DNA of 64,000 bases, from positions 31,806,001 through 31,870,000 of the forward strand of contig NC_043002.1 of assembly GCF_006345805.1 (NCBI RefSeq). The letters are read 5' to 3'. Within the stretch, counting starts at the first letter, position 1. Each line of letters opens with the position of its first letter. This document shows positions 13,588-26,980 of the stretch, one piece after another. Below the pieces are notes generated by a model. It worked only from the letters and a program-made list of their open reading frames with translations. It made no database searches and was not told the DNA's origin. The position numbers were made by a program, and so were the translations under genes. Source of the stretch: Octopus sinensis. Its lineage: Eukaryota.

Positions 13588-15335
13588 AATAGGGCTATTG
13601 CTTTTCATTGCAATAGATTTCTTTTCACAAACACCACCATAGCTATGACGTGAGGGGTGTGAAATTGTCCTACATACTTCATAATCTACTATACCCACTA
13701 AGTATTATGAAAAGGGGTTTTCATGCCGAAGGAGGAGATTCGACTACAGGATTGCTTTTCGTTGTCTCTCTTTAGGCTTCTTTCTATTTTATTTATTTTG
13801 GGGTTGCTAGATTTATACATTTTTTTTGTGTTTATGTCTGATGATTACATTATGATTGCATTTAGTTTATAGTTTTCCAGGTAGGAGACGAACATAGATA
13901 CACAGACAATATAGAAATGTATAAATAAGCTAACGAGACAGACAGATAGATAAAAACATAGGAGGTGGCTATGAACAGAGAATAATTATTGTTGTCCTCT
14001 TAAGCGTGCAACAGGAATTAAAAGATTTGCAAGTGGGACGGACGGAAGGAAAACCCCCCGTTGCTGCTAGTTTTATGAAATAAAAAACGGATTACAAATG
14101 CTTTGGAGAATCGTTAATAAATGAATGAAAGACAGAAAAGAAATACAAAGAAGGTATGAAACAGAGAAAAGATGAGATGGTGAAAATAATATAAATAATA
14201 GGAAAATGATAAAAATAAATTCAAGTAGAAACGAAATGTTGACAGCAATTGTGGAAAACATAAGAGAGAGAAGAGAGGCAGTATAGAAGAAAGGGAAGAA
14301 ATACAAAGAGGAAAAGAAAAAAGAACAAAGAGTGTTTCATGTTTCAAAATGCAAGGAAAGCAATAACGAAAAAAGGGAAATATAATGAATAGACAAGAAA
14401 TAGGCGATGGGAAATGAAAGATGAAATTTAAAAGCAAAAGGAAAAAAAATGGTAAATACCTTTGATTTCCTAACAAATTAGAAACAGAAATCAGAATATT
14501 CTCACGCCAGTAATTCTAAGGTAGAAAATGTGAAAATAAAATATATTTCAGACGACCCCCACCAGCAGCATGAAGCAGTTAAGTCAAACGAGCGGGTAGG
14601 GTAGGGAAAGAACATGACAAGGGTGGGCTGATCCTTGGGTCAAGTAACATCTAAAAATTGAGTGGGTTATACTGTAATAGGTTCAAATATCAGCGTATGT
14701 TATATTTATTTTATTTTAGACTTTGGAGAATAAAGGTGTGCTGATTTTTTTTTTTTGGCTAATTAAACTTCGCTGGGAAATAGTTTAAGGGAAAGATAAA
14801 TATTGAAGTAAATAGAGATGGAAATTAGTTGGTGGTGGGGTGGGTTTATATATGTGTGACTGTGTATAAGTATGTAGAATGAGAGGTGTGTGTGAAAGTG
14901 AGTTTACGTGTGAGTGTGTGCAGGTGTGTGCTCGTGTATGTGTGTATGTGTGTGTGTTGAGTGTGTATACCTTTGTATCTGTGCTTTTCAGTGAGAGCGC
15001 TAGAATATATATCATATTTAAAATAAGTAGTGGGTTGGGGGAGTATTAATCTAACAGACCTACAAAACGGTTCTACCAAATGGCCGCAAACCAATAGATG
15101 AGACGAAAAGAAAGAAAAAGCAAGAAATACACACACATATATAGAATCCAAATTTAGGGAATGAAGTAGATAAAATACCGGCTACATGTTTCTTAGCAAG
15201 CAGAACCTCGGAAGTAGTAATTACTCAACGAGAGGTACTCCACTACTGCTCATCATGAAGGTTACGTTGTATTCAAGTGGTCCCATGTCAACTCACAGGA
15301 GATTTGATCGAAAATTCACCTTAGATCTGACCTTT

Positions 15336-15410
<75 letters not shown>

Positions 15411-17549
15411 TTAAAATCAATAGCGACAGAAACAGTATTAATACTAAAATTTATACATACCTCAAACGTAACGTGGATTACGTGTTAAAACACAGAAATC
15501 TGCATTATTTACCTTAAGAGGAAATCTTATATGGACTCGTGGTGTATAATTGTATTCATATTTATATCGTTGATAGACGAGAACCGTCTTTTATGGCTTC
15601 CGGAACTGCCAGATCACGTATTTTCTCCTTGTTTTGTTTTCCTTAGTGACAGACATCATGTAGTGACATAACAGCAGAATCTGACATCCTATATATTTTT
15701 CACGGGAGATTTCACAGACATATCATTCTTGATACTCTATCAGAGTATCAAGAATTGAATTGGAGTCAAACAGTGTCAAGATATTAATATTGTTCGACAA
15801 ACCCCCTTCTTATTCTTATTTGCCACTCATCTATCTCTTTTAGTTCAGGGAATTTTAAGTATATCGGTGTCATCAAAGTTCTGGTACAATAAATTGTGGT
15901 AAATAACTTAGAGCTTCAGTTTTAAGAACTATAACAGAAACACAACCGTTACCAAGATCGTTTTCAGTATGTATCACCAGAAATCATTTACTCAAACATT
16001 CAAAGTCACCTAGACAGTCATTATTTTACCACTACATTGAAATCTAATATCTACAAACACCAGCATTGGTTACCTCCGAAATCACAACCTCTGAAATTAT
16101 CAATATAATTATCGCAATCAATAGCTATCAAAATATGCTTCTCCTCCCCCAATAATTTAGCAACCCTATCAGCACCACCACCACTACTACTACTACTGTA
16201 TCCATGGCCATAACCACTACAATAACCGCAACTTCCACAACTACTCCTCATGAATGCCAAAACTATAATCATTTTAACCGATGCCGACTAACAATAGCTA
16301 GCGTAGTCATATAAATCGCCTCAATCCCAGCATTTACTGTCTTCACAATCACATCCACCAATACAACTCCAACCAATTGAAACTCCGTCATCTTATCCAC
16401 TCCCACTGGTTGAATATCTGGTGCTTCCACAATCAGTACCACGATCCAAGGCCAGACCTCTGGTATCTCCATTATCACATCTCTCACTGCAGGCCAAACT
16501 TGTAGTACCCGCACCATTGCATCCATTAACACAGCGGCAACGTGTTGTGTCTTCATCACATCAACCACCTCAGTTCTAACCTGTATCAGCACCACCTTCA
16601 CGTCCACGTCCATCCTGACATTCACCCTGTAGCTGTCCCTCTACTCCCGTCACCATCGTATCTAATACCACAACTAGAACTATTAGTAATACCCCGCAAC
16701 ATCCACGGCCTCTGTTCGGGACTTTACTATCTGCAAAAGCACATCCACCACATAAACTTGAACCTCGAATAATTCCCTCATCATTTCTACTCCAACTGAT
16801 TGAAACGTTAATATGTCGATCATAATGTCCTCTTTGATCACTAGTTTCCTCGCTGTCACATCCAACACCACCACACCTCGAACCTGATATACCTCCACCC
16901 ACTTTCACATCCACCACTACAATCCAAACCTAAGCCACCTCCAACCATCTCATCCACCATTTCAACCCTGCGTCCACCGTCACGTAGTTTATCACAGCTT
17001 GATTCCTCGTACCTTCATTATAACACCTGCTACCTCTCCTCATGCCCTTTCATACCTTCAGCTTCACATAAACAACCCCCACCACCTTGAATTCGAACTC
17101 AAGTACCTCCACCATCACATGCACCACCTCAGAATGAAACATGACCATCACTCTCACCACCACTATATCATTAAGACAGCCATCCATCATCTAACGAGGT
17201 CAACCATTTACCACTAACTCAATCATCGCACCATAATATCATCAACTGTTCATCATTGATGGTTGTAGCCACCGGAAGGCATCATTTCAAGAAATGCAAC
17301 GACACCCTATCATTTCTTTAATTCCATCAACCTCATTCACATTTATTGTTTCTTTACTCACTAGAGTTCCACTTCCTCTTGCTTCCCCACACAGTCAGCA
17401 TTTCCTTCTATTTCTCAAGTCAACAGTTGTTAGTTATTGTGGTTTGTTTTAGTTTTGTATTATTAATATTTGTTTTAAATTGTTGTTGTAATTGGTGTTG
17501 CCGTTGTTAATATTTATTTCTGCTGTTACTCCGTAGTCGTAGTTGAAGC

Positions 17550-17880
<331 letters not shown>

Positions 17881-18394
17881 TTGGTGGGACCCAATCAATC
17901 AGGTCAGATAGACCAGACTTATGATCAAAAGACATTAAAACTTTACAATCAAATCTCTGAGATTACATTATATGTTACATTAATTTTTTGTTTTTCTTTT
18001 TTTAAAAAAAGACAGTTTCGAGTGCTACTTGCAGTACTTTGAACGACGGAGAAGAATCTCTTCTTTTTTCCCCCTTTGTTTTTCAATTTTGTTGTAAATG
18101 TCGTTAATTCTGTTAGTGCTGCTTTATTTACAGTTGTGACCGTTGTCGACCCTGATACTGATCTGTTACTGCAATTATGATTGTTCGCATCTCCAATGCT
18201 GTTCAAGTCGTGTTTTGTTATCGCTGTCGATGTTTTCGTTATTGCTGTTGTTCTTACTGCTCATACGTTTTGTTGTTGCTTAATCAAAGGCCTCTCTTCT
18301 GATTTAGTTGACATTTGAACTAAGGTACTGTAACTATGCGCTCCCATCTCTCTCAATATTTCTCTTGGTTTTCTTTTTTATGCAAGAAGTATAA

Positions 18395-18595
18395 CGTTAC
18401 AACGCTGAGCAAAATGCTTAGCGGTAGTTTGTCCATTTTTACGTTGCATGCTCAAATTCCGCAGAGGTCGGCTTTGCCTTTCATCCTTTCGGGGTCAATA
18501 AATTAAATACAGGTTAAGCACTGGGATCGAAGTAATCGACTAGCACCTCCTCATCCGAAATTGATAGCCTTCTGCCAAATTTTAAAACAATTATT
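18395..18595 (+). mobile_element. SINE family A (tail variant 2), 5' eroded
   Basis: AAAATGCTTAGCGG...CAAATTCCGCAGAGGTCGGCTTTGCCTTTCATCCTTTCGGGGTC. Confidence 0.8.
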
Positions 18596-19338
18596 ATCGA
18601 ACGATTTTCACTTTCTTAATATGGTGAGTTTTGATATCAAATAAGATTTATCTGCTAATTTTCGTATATTAACCAATCGATCCCAATGTGCATCATTTAC
18701 GTAGTTTCACGTTTGTTAACTTATATCCTAAGTTCAAATTAAATACGTCTATGAACTAATAACAGAACCACTAATGTAATTAACGTTTCTGAGCCACAGA
18801 CACGTTGAGGACGATTTTAGATTTGGTCTGCGTGGATCAATATAAACTGTACAACTTATTGCCTACCTCGGGAGGCACTAATCGAGCAGAAATAAGATCA
18901 AAACGAAACTACGTCCATGAAAATCCCGTTTTCTTGCCATTTGTTACGTAGACAGTAGAGTTAGATAAACAAGACTTGGCTGTTCATTTTTGTAAGACTA
19001 GCGAAACAGAGAGACTTCGTGTTAGCAATTTAACGTTATTAATTTCAAATTATTGATATCCAACTTGACAATGTTAATTGATATATTTATTTCCTATTAC
19101 ACGCTAGAAATCGGTGAATTAGCAAAATTAATGCATTAAACGGATATCATAAAGAATATGTAAAAGTACAGTAATAAATATAGTTATACGTATCACAATT
19201 ATAGGCATGAATATCATTCAGAATGTACGTTGAATATTATAAGATATAGAGCCGATTAACATGAAGGACATAGTTATATAAGGACTTAGAACTGATATAT
19301 TAATATCAAACAAATCGTAACTATTAATATTGAATAAG

Positions 19339-19606
19339 TATAGATATGTATATTCTGTTGTGTCTGGGGAGAGTCATTTTTTTGTGCCTTATAATTTAAC
19401 ACACTCAAGACTTGAAAAGTTTGCAAGACACAACGAAAATTTTAGGAAAATAAAAATAAGTGGAAATTTTACCGGTGTGTGTGTTAAATTATAAGGCACA
19501 AAAAGAAAATGACTCTACCCAGACACAACAGAATATGCTTCAACACACGAACTCACATAAAGAATCTTGCAAACCAAATCCAAAAACGAAATATAGATAT
19601 GTATAT
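19339..19606. mobile_element. Non-coding insertion with internal inverted repeat and 15-bp TSD
   Basis: Arms 19350-19404 and 19479-19536; direct repeat TATAGATATGTATAT at 19339-19353 and 19592-19606. Confidence 0.75.
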
Positions 19607-19985
19607 CTCATTTAATTAAGTTATTAACAACGAATGCAATTATGTGAAAATAAGATGCGTTTAATATAAATGTATTTTTTTCTGACGTAAGTATAGAATA
19701 TACGTATAGGTTGCATGATTTAATAACATATAGTATGATTTCACTAATTGTCTTAATTACTTATGAAGTCACGAGCTGACGTAGAGACTCTCTCGATCCA
19801 CCCTCTCTTTGAGTCACATAAAGAATGTGACTGGTGGAAGTAGAAAGAGCTGCACTAGTATTAAGCTGGTACTCACTTCATTTGAATAAACAGGAGCAAT
19901 AAGAAATTATGTGCATTACTGAAGGACACAAATCGCCATTTCGCACAGGAATCGAACATCGATCTCATGATTATGAGCCAAGCAA

Positions 19986-20217
19986 AGGCGACGAGCTGGT
20001 AGAAACGTTAGCACGTCCGGCGAAATGCGTAGCCGTATTTCGTCTGCCGCTACGTTCTGAGTTCAAATTCCGCCGAGGTTGACTTTGCCTTTCATCCTTT
20101 CGGGGTCGATAAATTAAGTACCAATTACCCACTGGGGTCGATATAATCGACTTAATCCGTTTGTCTGTCCTTGTTAGTCCTCACTGTGTTTAGCCCCTTG
20201 TGGGTAGTAAAGAAATA
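19986..20217 (+). mobile_element. Young full-length SINE family A with 17-bp TSD
   Basis: GATTATGAGCCAAGCAA at 19969-19985 and 20218-20234; inserted in an old family B remnant. Confidence 0.92.
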
Positions 20218-23200
20218 GATTATGAGCCAAGCAATCTAACCATAAAATCAATGAATGTAACACAAGACTTATGTATGAATTTCACGTACATCATTGTTCT
20301 AAATATCACATAAATAGACATAGACACGCAGGTCTATTTCTATTATTCACTATTCACTATTTAAGTTCACATAAAATGTGACATATGGCTAAATTATGAT
20401 GACCTTAATTACAAATATATCGTTATCGCGAAGAATTTGCTAATTGTTTGCCGTTGCGCAGTTACTGGAGCAAGAATATTCCTGAAACCATTCTTTGTCC
20501 TTCGATAGTACTTAAACTAATGAAGTCCTGAGAAGTCACAAGATATTCCAGCATCTTTGATTATAGCATATATATACTTGAGGTCAGTGTGTGTACAAGT
20601 GTGAGTTGGTGTGAAAGTGGTAGGAAGAGAGTAAAAGATATTGTGCATGGAAAAGAGAAAAAGAGAGGGAGAGAGAGGGAAAGAGAGATGGGGGTAATTG
20701 TGTGAATTAGTGTAAAAGTTTCATTCGGTATAATGTTTTGTATAATTAAGTACGGTCAATCACTTCAGCAAAATCACACATTTGGGTCGTTTGTCAAACT
20801 GCTGGATATTTTAATAGAAATGTATTGTATCGATTACTTCAATATAATTCACAAGAATTGGTGCATATGCGTATATATATAGATATACATACATGCGTAC
20901 ATATATGATTACATATACGTGTGTGTGTGTGTGTGTGCTTGTTTTGAAGAAAAAGAAACTCTCTTTTTCTGAATTCAGCCAGTAGACTGCGGCCAAGTTG
21001 GTGCATTCTATTGGAGGATCTCAATCCATTATATCATAACCAGTAGCTTTGTGTATACCTGGTACTTATTTTAGCGATTCCTACATATCGCACTGTTCCA
21101 TTACGGAACATGTATCGGAGACCCCATTTATTTTTCTCAATAATATCAACGTGGAGATAGTCATACTGAGACTTAGGTACAGATAGGGAGCCTGAGGGAT
21201 AGCGTAGTAAGGGAAGGGATATAGTAGAAGATGACGTGACATTTTCAAGTCCAACTGTCACGTTGGTTTGAAGCGACCGGTGTTACTTTCTCACATGCTT
21301 ACACATGTGATGATAGACTAATAGAAAACTGATATTACAAGTGATTTACCTTCTGAGTACCATGCGAAGTTGGATGTAAATTAGGCGAGGAATGTTGGGA
21401 AAGAGTTTTACTCATAGAATCATTATAATGAAGAAGTGAATGGAAATTACAGAAAACATTTTGGCATGGGACCAAAACGATTTATTGCCTTAAAGAAGAG
21501 TGATAAGTTGAGAGGTGTACAATGCACTGAGACAAATTTCGTGATTTGGATGATGTTATTTTCAATACTTGTGCTCCTAGTAAGATGCCGTCCAGCTTGT
21601 AACATAAGGAGTTTTCCCCAAGAGTTAGAAACTGTATATATTGACTTAATTCTTACAAAATATATAGTTGTGTAGAAGGACACGCTTATGACGATGATTT
21701 CAGCCTTTCTGATATATCATAGGTGATGCTCGCATATTGCTAAGGAGAGGTGGATTTTTAACTAGTGGAGCAGTGGGCGGTCAGGTAACTTAGTACCATA
21801 GTGTCCAGGAGAGGGCATTTCGTAATATGTATTCGTGAAGAAGAAATCATGTTCTGTTAGAGATTGTGATTAAGCTTGAGATATCGAACACGGCGTGGAA
21901 AATAAAGACATTCGATGTAAACAGTTGTGGATGCAAAGGAATTGGTTTTCCCACCGTGAAAGATAATTAAGAACAAAGCTGAATTGGGACATATGTCATC
22001 GTTGAAGAAGAGATTTTGCTATTGATACTTCAAAGTCGGCAAATTTATGCAGCGGATTTGGGTAACTTAAAGAGGAAGATATTGGGTCGGGGTATTTGTT
22101 GTATCATATCCAGGTAAGATATGAAGAGAAAAAAAGGATTTATAGAAACACAGACGTTCCTTTTCGGACAGACGCTTCGAAAAAGTATACAAGAGAGGGA
22201 AAGAGAGGGGAGATAGAGGGGGAGAGTGAAACAACAGTAACCCATGGAGCACAGAAGCACCACAGATGGCGGTTGAAAGATTTGTGTCTTTCAAAAGAAC
22301 TGGTTGTGTATTAGAGGTAACGTCTGGGTGTTTAATACGGATGAGTAACTATGGATTTCAGATGAAAAGAAATGTTAAGTTCCTTTAAATTTAGCTTTCT
22401 GGCATCAAAAGAAATGAAGAGTGTATATGCATGTGTGTGTATGAATGTATGTATGTATTATGTATGTTGGTATGTATATATATATATACATATAAAACAT
22501 ATGTACACACACATAGAGAAACATACACACACAGACACACACGCACATATATTGTGTGTGTTAGCATATATATGTTCATATATAAACTTACACATGTATA
22601 TGCTCCCATGATACATGTATTTGAGTATTCCTATGTATGAGCGTATGTGTGTATGTGTTTGTGTGTGTATGGATATATACAGATATGCATACGCACAGAC
22701 ACAAAGACAAACTTGCCTACACACGCACACAGACATATATATATATATATACAAATACACACACACACACACACGCACACAAACATATAGATACACACGC
22801 GCACGCACATACACGCACACGCACACGCACGCACACACAAACACACATATTCTCTTAAGCAAAAGAATGTATTTTGAGATTCTATTAGCAAGACAATTAC
22901 CGGACGCAACATTATTTTGATACTTGTTGAATAGACGAATTTTTTCTTCCTTCTATTCTCAATCTAAAATCTACATCCTTTCATAACTTCTCACCCCTAC
23001 ATCTGATAATTTGTCTACATAAGTGAAGCTATTTCGCAGTCAAATATCCCTATAGAGCCTCAATCTATATCTTTTGAAATCACTGGTTCCTTCACTTATT
23101 TTCTTCACTCTTCTTACACGCTTTTCTTTCTCTTCACCTTGCGTTTTGTTTATTTATTTATTGCATCTATTTATTTATATTCGTTTCCTTAACAAATAAT

Positions 23201-23910
23201 CTATTTGACAACAGACAAATATCCCATAACCAAATACCCGCCCATAAGATGACCAATTATATAATCAAGAGAAGGATAGACGGAAGGGGCGGCTTTTATT
23301 TACCTATTTCATTTCATTTAGTAGGTTTTTTTTAATTTCTCTAGAAAACGCTTCTTTCGGCAGGTGCAAGCTGCGCTCTATTTGACATATAGAGCGCCAT
23401 TTTTCACACGTTACCGTCCTGGGAATTTGTATGAATATATGTGTTATGTGTACAAACACATATATATACATATGTATACGTACATATATACACACAAGCG
23501 TACATATATAGAAAGCTCTCTCTCTCTCTCTATATATATGTGTGTGTGTGTGTATGTGTGTGCGTGTGCGTTGTGTGCATATATATGTGTGTATGTGTGT
23601 GTAATTATATACGTGCATGTATATATACGTATGCATGTGTGTCTGTATGGATTTGGATGTTTCTTTATATGTGCGTGCATTTAAAATTATATATTTTCAT
23701 ACTTGAGTGTATATATAATTTGAAAGTGAGATGGGAAATATCTTCAAACGTGACTGGGTAGATGGTGTCATATTCCAGCGTTAACCTAGAGATATCTCGA
23801 TCATTGGGCGATATTGGATGGTTAGTCTTTACAATTACGATTTCAAACTGTTCATTCAAACACACACACACAAACACACATACACATATGTCTATACAAA
23901 TATATGCATA

Positions 23911-23961
<51 letters not shown>

Positions 23962-24029
23962 CACATATATATGCATATACATATATATATATACACATAT
24001 ATACATACATATATGTATACGTATGTGGA

Positions 24030-24281
24030 AACCCAATGGCCCAGTGGTTAGGGCAGCGGACACGCGGTCGTAGGATCGCGGTTTGGACTCCCAGACCTGG
24101 TGTTGTGGGTGTTTATTGAGCGAAAACACCTAAAGCTCCACGAAGCTCCGGTAGGGGGTGGTGGCCCCTGCTGTACTCTTTCGCCACAACCTTCTCTCAC
24201 TCTTTTTCTGTTGGCCTGCTCGCTTAGCCAGCGGGGTGGCACCATTTGAAGGCTAAAACAATGCGAAGCGCGTTGTGACCA
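24030..24281 (+). mobile_element. tRNA-derived SINE family D
   Basis: A-box TGGCCCAGTGG and degenerate B-box GGTTTGGACTCCC, followed by non-tRNA body; flanked by (TA)n. Confidence 0.7.
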
Positions 24282-24282
24282 T

Positions 24283-24316
<34 letters not shown>

Positions 24317-24317
24317 A

Positions 24318-24889
24318 CAATTGAGGGTAAAATTAATTAATAATTTCACCAAGTGTTCAGTATGTAAAAGGACCATTTAAGGCGAATTCAAAATATTACA
24401 TTATATAATTAGGGCTTAGTAAAATAAATTACTTTGCCACATACTGAACTAAGTAGAAATAGCAGCCAAAAAATTTTTTTAGCCATTTCCACTACTTAAA
24501 GAAAATTTCTCTCAGATAATGTTTACTCCAGACAGCTCACGAAGGTTTGGAGGTAAATACAGAAAAATATCACAAGTACATAGATCGTTTGAGTACGTCA
24601 ACGTTTCAAGATTAGCCAAATAAAATCAGCATTTCTTTCGTCAGCTCAAAATTTCTTAATTTGGATTTTATTTGGCTAATCTTGAAACGTTGACGTACTC
24701 AAACGATCTATGTACTTGTGATATTTTTCTGTATTTACCTCCAAACCTTCGTGAGCTGTCTGGAGTAAACATTATCTGAGAGAAATTTTCTTTAAGTAGT
24801 GGAAATGGCTAAAAAAATTTTTGGCTGCTATTTCTACTTAGTTCAGTATGTGGCAAAGTAATTATTTTACTAAGCCCTAATTCTATAAT
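24318..24889. mobile_element. Palindromic hammerhead-bearing element (PLE-derived, non-autonomous) between (TA)n tracts
   Basis: Near-perfect inverted arms 24400-24627 and 24664-24889 (about 228 bp) with a 36-nt spacer. Confidence 0.85.
24588..24650 (-). ncRNA. Complete type-I hammerhead ribozyme
   Basis: Minus strand reads TTTGAG CTGACGA AAGAAATGCTGATTTTATTTGGCTAATCTT GAAACG TTGA CGTA CTCAAA: 6-bp stem I, stem II AAGA/TCTT plus extension, stem III ACG/CGT, GUA triplet. Confidence 0.9.
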
Positions 24890-24895
24890 ATATAT

Positions 24896-24988
<93 letters not shown>

Positions 24989-25129
24989 ATAGATAGAATG
25001 TGTGGGAAGAGGGTCGAAAGCGTGATTCACATTGTTAGTGCCTTTGAGAGGCTTATGCAGATTACAAGCGTAGACACGTCAAGGTGGACCAAAACCTCCA
25101 CTGGCTACTATGCCGTTAGTATGTAGATG

Positions 25130-25563
25130 AGGTTACGGGTGCTTGCTACCATCATACAACGTAAAACGTAATGGGCGAAAAGGGGAAAGCAAAAATCCTC
25201 TAGGACTTTGACTTCCAGACAGACAAGTTATTAGAGCACCGAAGGCCGGATATCGAGTCCTTTAGGAGGTACAACTAAGAGTTTCTAATAATTGAGGTAG
25301 CAGTGCTAGAGATCAACATATCACGAAAGAAAGAGAAGCGGTTGATAAATATGAAGACCAGAGCTGAAAAAAACACCTGAAAATTTAGAAATACCTTAAA
25401 ACATAGATACATTGCAAAAGTCGGCATTACTTGGAACTGAGTGCATATTGCGTAAAGTTCTGTCAGTCAGAGGTTCTTGTCGTAACTTGGCAAACAGTAC
25501 AAACCCTCGGTAGACAAATATCTTCAACAACAACCTAATGATATTGTATACTGTGTGATGTCT
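25130..25563 (+). mobile_element. R4/Dong-type non-LTR 3' end (RLE endonuclease)
   Basis: Translates KIL*DFDFQTDKLLEHRRPDI...LQKSALLGTECILRKVL; 3' UTR ends in (TAA)n. Confidence 0.8.
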
Positions 25564-25597
25564 ATAATAATAATAATAATATAATAATAATAATAAT

Positions 25598-25822
25598 TAG
25601 GCATGATAAAAAAATATTCAGACAAATACATAACAAAAACACCAGGACTTACAAACACATATAACATACAGAAAATTGCACTACTAGGCACTGCACACAT
25701 CCTACGCCAAACACTTTCCATACAATAACCATCAGAGCATCACAACAAATCACAACACATACCCAAGGCACACAGAGCTGCGCTCGGTAGTGAAGTGAAA
25801 GCGCGCTATAAAAATAAAACTA

Positions 25823-25826
<4 letters not shown>
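25598..25826 (+). mobile_element. Second R4/Dong-type 3' end inserted within (TAA)n
   Basis: GMIKKYSDKYITKTPGLTNTYNIQKIALLGTAHILRQTLSIQ*; (TAA)n on both sides. Confidence 0.8.
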
Positions 25827-25916
<90 letters not shown>

Positions 25917-25984
25917 TAATAATAATAATAATAATAATTAATAATAATAATAATAATAATAAACAACAACAGCAAAAACAATTA

Positions 25985-26532
25985 AGCAGTACCAGGCAGT
26001 GGCTCTCGTGGCTTCTGATTTAAACTGAGTGGCAGTGTTGTCATGTACATTGTTTTTTCTTGTTATAAAAGATGGGCTGCAGCAAATATTCTGCTCAATA
26101 CCAGAGATTAGCTTGTCAGTTGTTTGACCTTAACCACTTAACCATGTCCCTTAGTGGCTGACGACAAGTGAATCTCTGATCAACAGCAGAAATAGTGGGG
26201 CAGCATCATAGCTATGTGCTGAGAGGAATTATTTGGGGTTTGAAAAATTCACATTTGGAAACATGGGTGTTTCGTTCAACATCTTTATATAACCCTTAAT
26301 CAGGGATCTTTTGAGCAGGATGGGCTAGTCAACCTTAAGAAAATTCTAACTGGGCCCAACCTGCAAATTCATGCGCTGTTTATTTTGATACGGGATCACT
26401 ATGCTGCGCACATATGTTTGTGATGCTTTTGCCTGGTGTACCCTTATCAGACAGGTAGTCATGATGGGTATACTGGGCTTCGTATATTTTAGCCCCGTGT
26501 CACTTTGACGGCATGCGCTACTCTGCCACTAA
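25985..26532. repeat. Unclassified complex-sequence insert between trinucleotide microsatellites (probable retroelement UTR)
   Basis: Higher-GC, non-coding block bounded by (TAA)n/(CAA)n and (GAT)n; no homology assignable within the window. Confidence 0.35.
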
Positions 26533-26658
26533 ATAATGATGATGATGATGATGAGGAGGAGGAGGAGGATTCCAAACTCTGGCACAAGGCCAGTAGTATC
26601 TGTGAAGGGTGTAAGTCGATTAGATCGTCCAAGGACTTAAATGCCACTTATTTTATCG

Positions 26659-26746
<88 letters not shown>

Positions 26747-26782
26747 TTTGTTGTTGTTGTTGTTATTATTATTATTGCAGTA

Positions 26783-26980
26783 ACTTTGCAGAATCGTTAC
26801 CGGAAAAATACTTTATGGTATTTCGTCTGTCTTTACGTTCAGAGTTCAAATTCCACCGAGGTCGACTTCACCTTCCATCCTTTCGACGTCTTTAAAATAA
26901 GTACCAGTTGAACACTAGGATCGATCTAGTCGACCTACCCCATCTCCCGAGCTTTTGCCTTGTGCCAAAATTAGAATTTA
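26783..26980 (+). mobile_element. SINE family A (tail variant 2)
   Basis: GCAGAATCGTTA...GAGTTCAAATTCCACCGAGGTCGACTT. Confidence 0.8.

Noticed and set aside
16040-17260. Thr/Ser/His-rich region resembling a mucin exon
   Set aside because: Frequent stops, no continuous frame or clear splice signals; best explained as decayed ACC/ACT/ATC repeats
21150-22040. Possible highly degraded LINE (IDLILT and DD-like fragments)
   Set aside because: Motifs too short and out of frame to assign
24030-24110. Possible tRNA gene
   Set aside because: Degenerate B-box and acceptor stem, and it continues into a SINE body; treated as a SINE head
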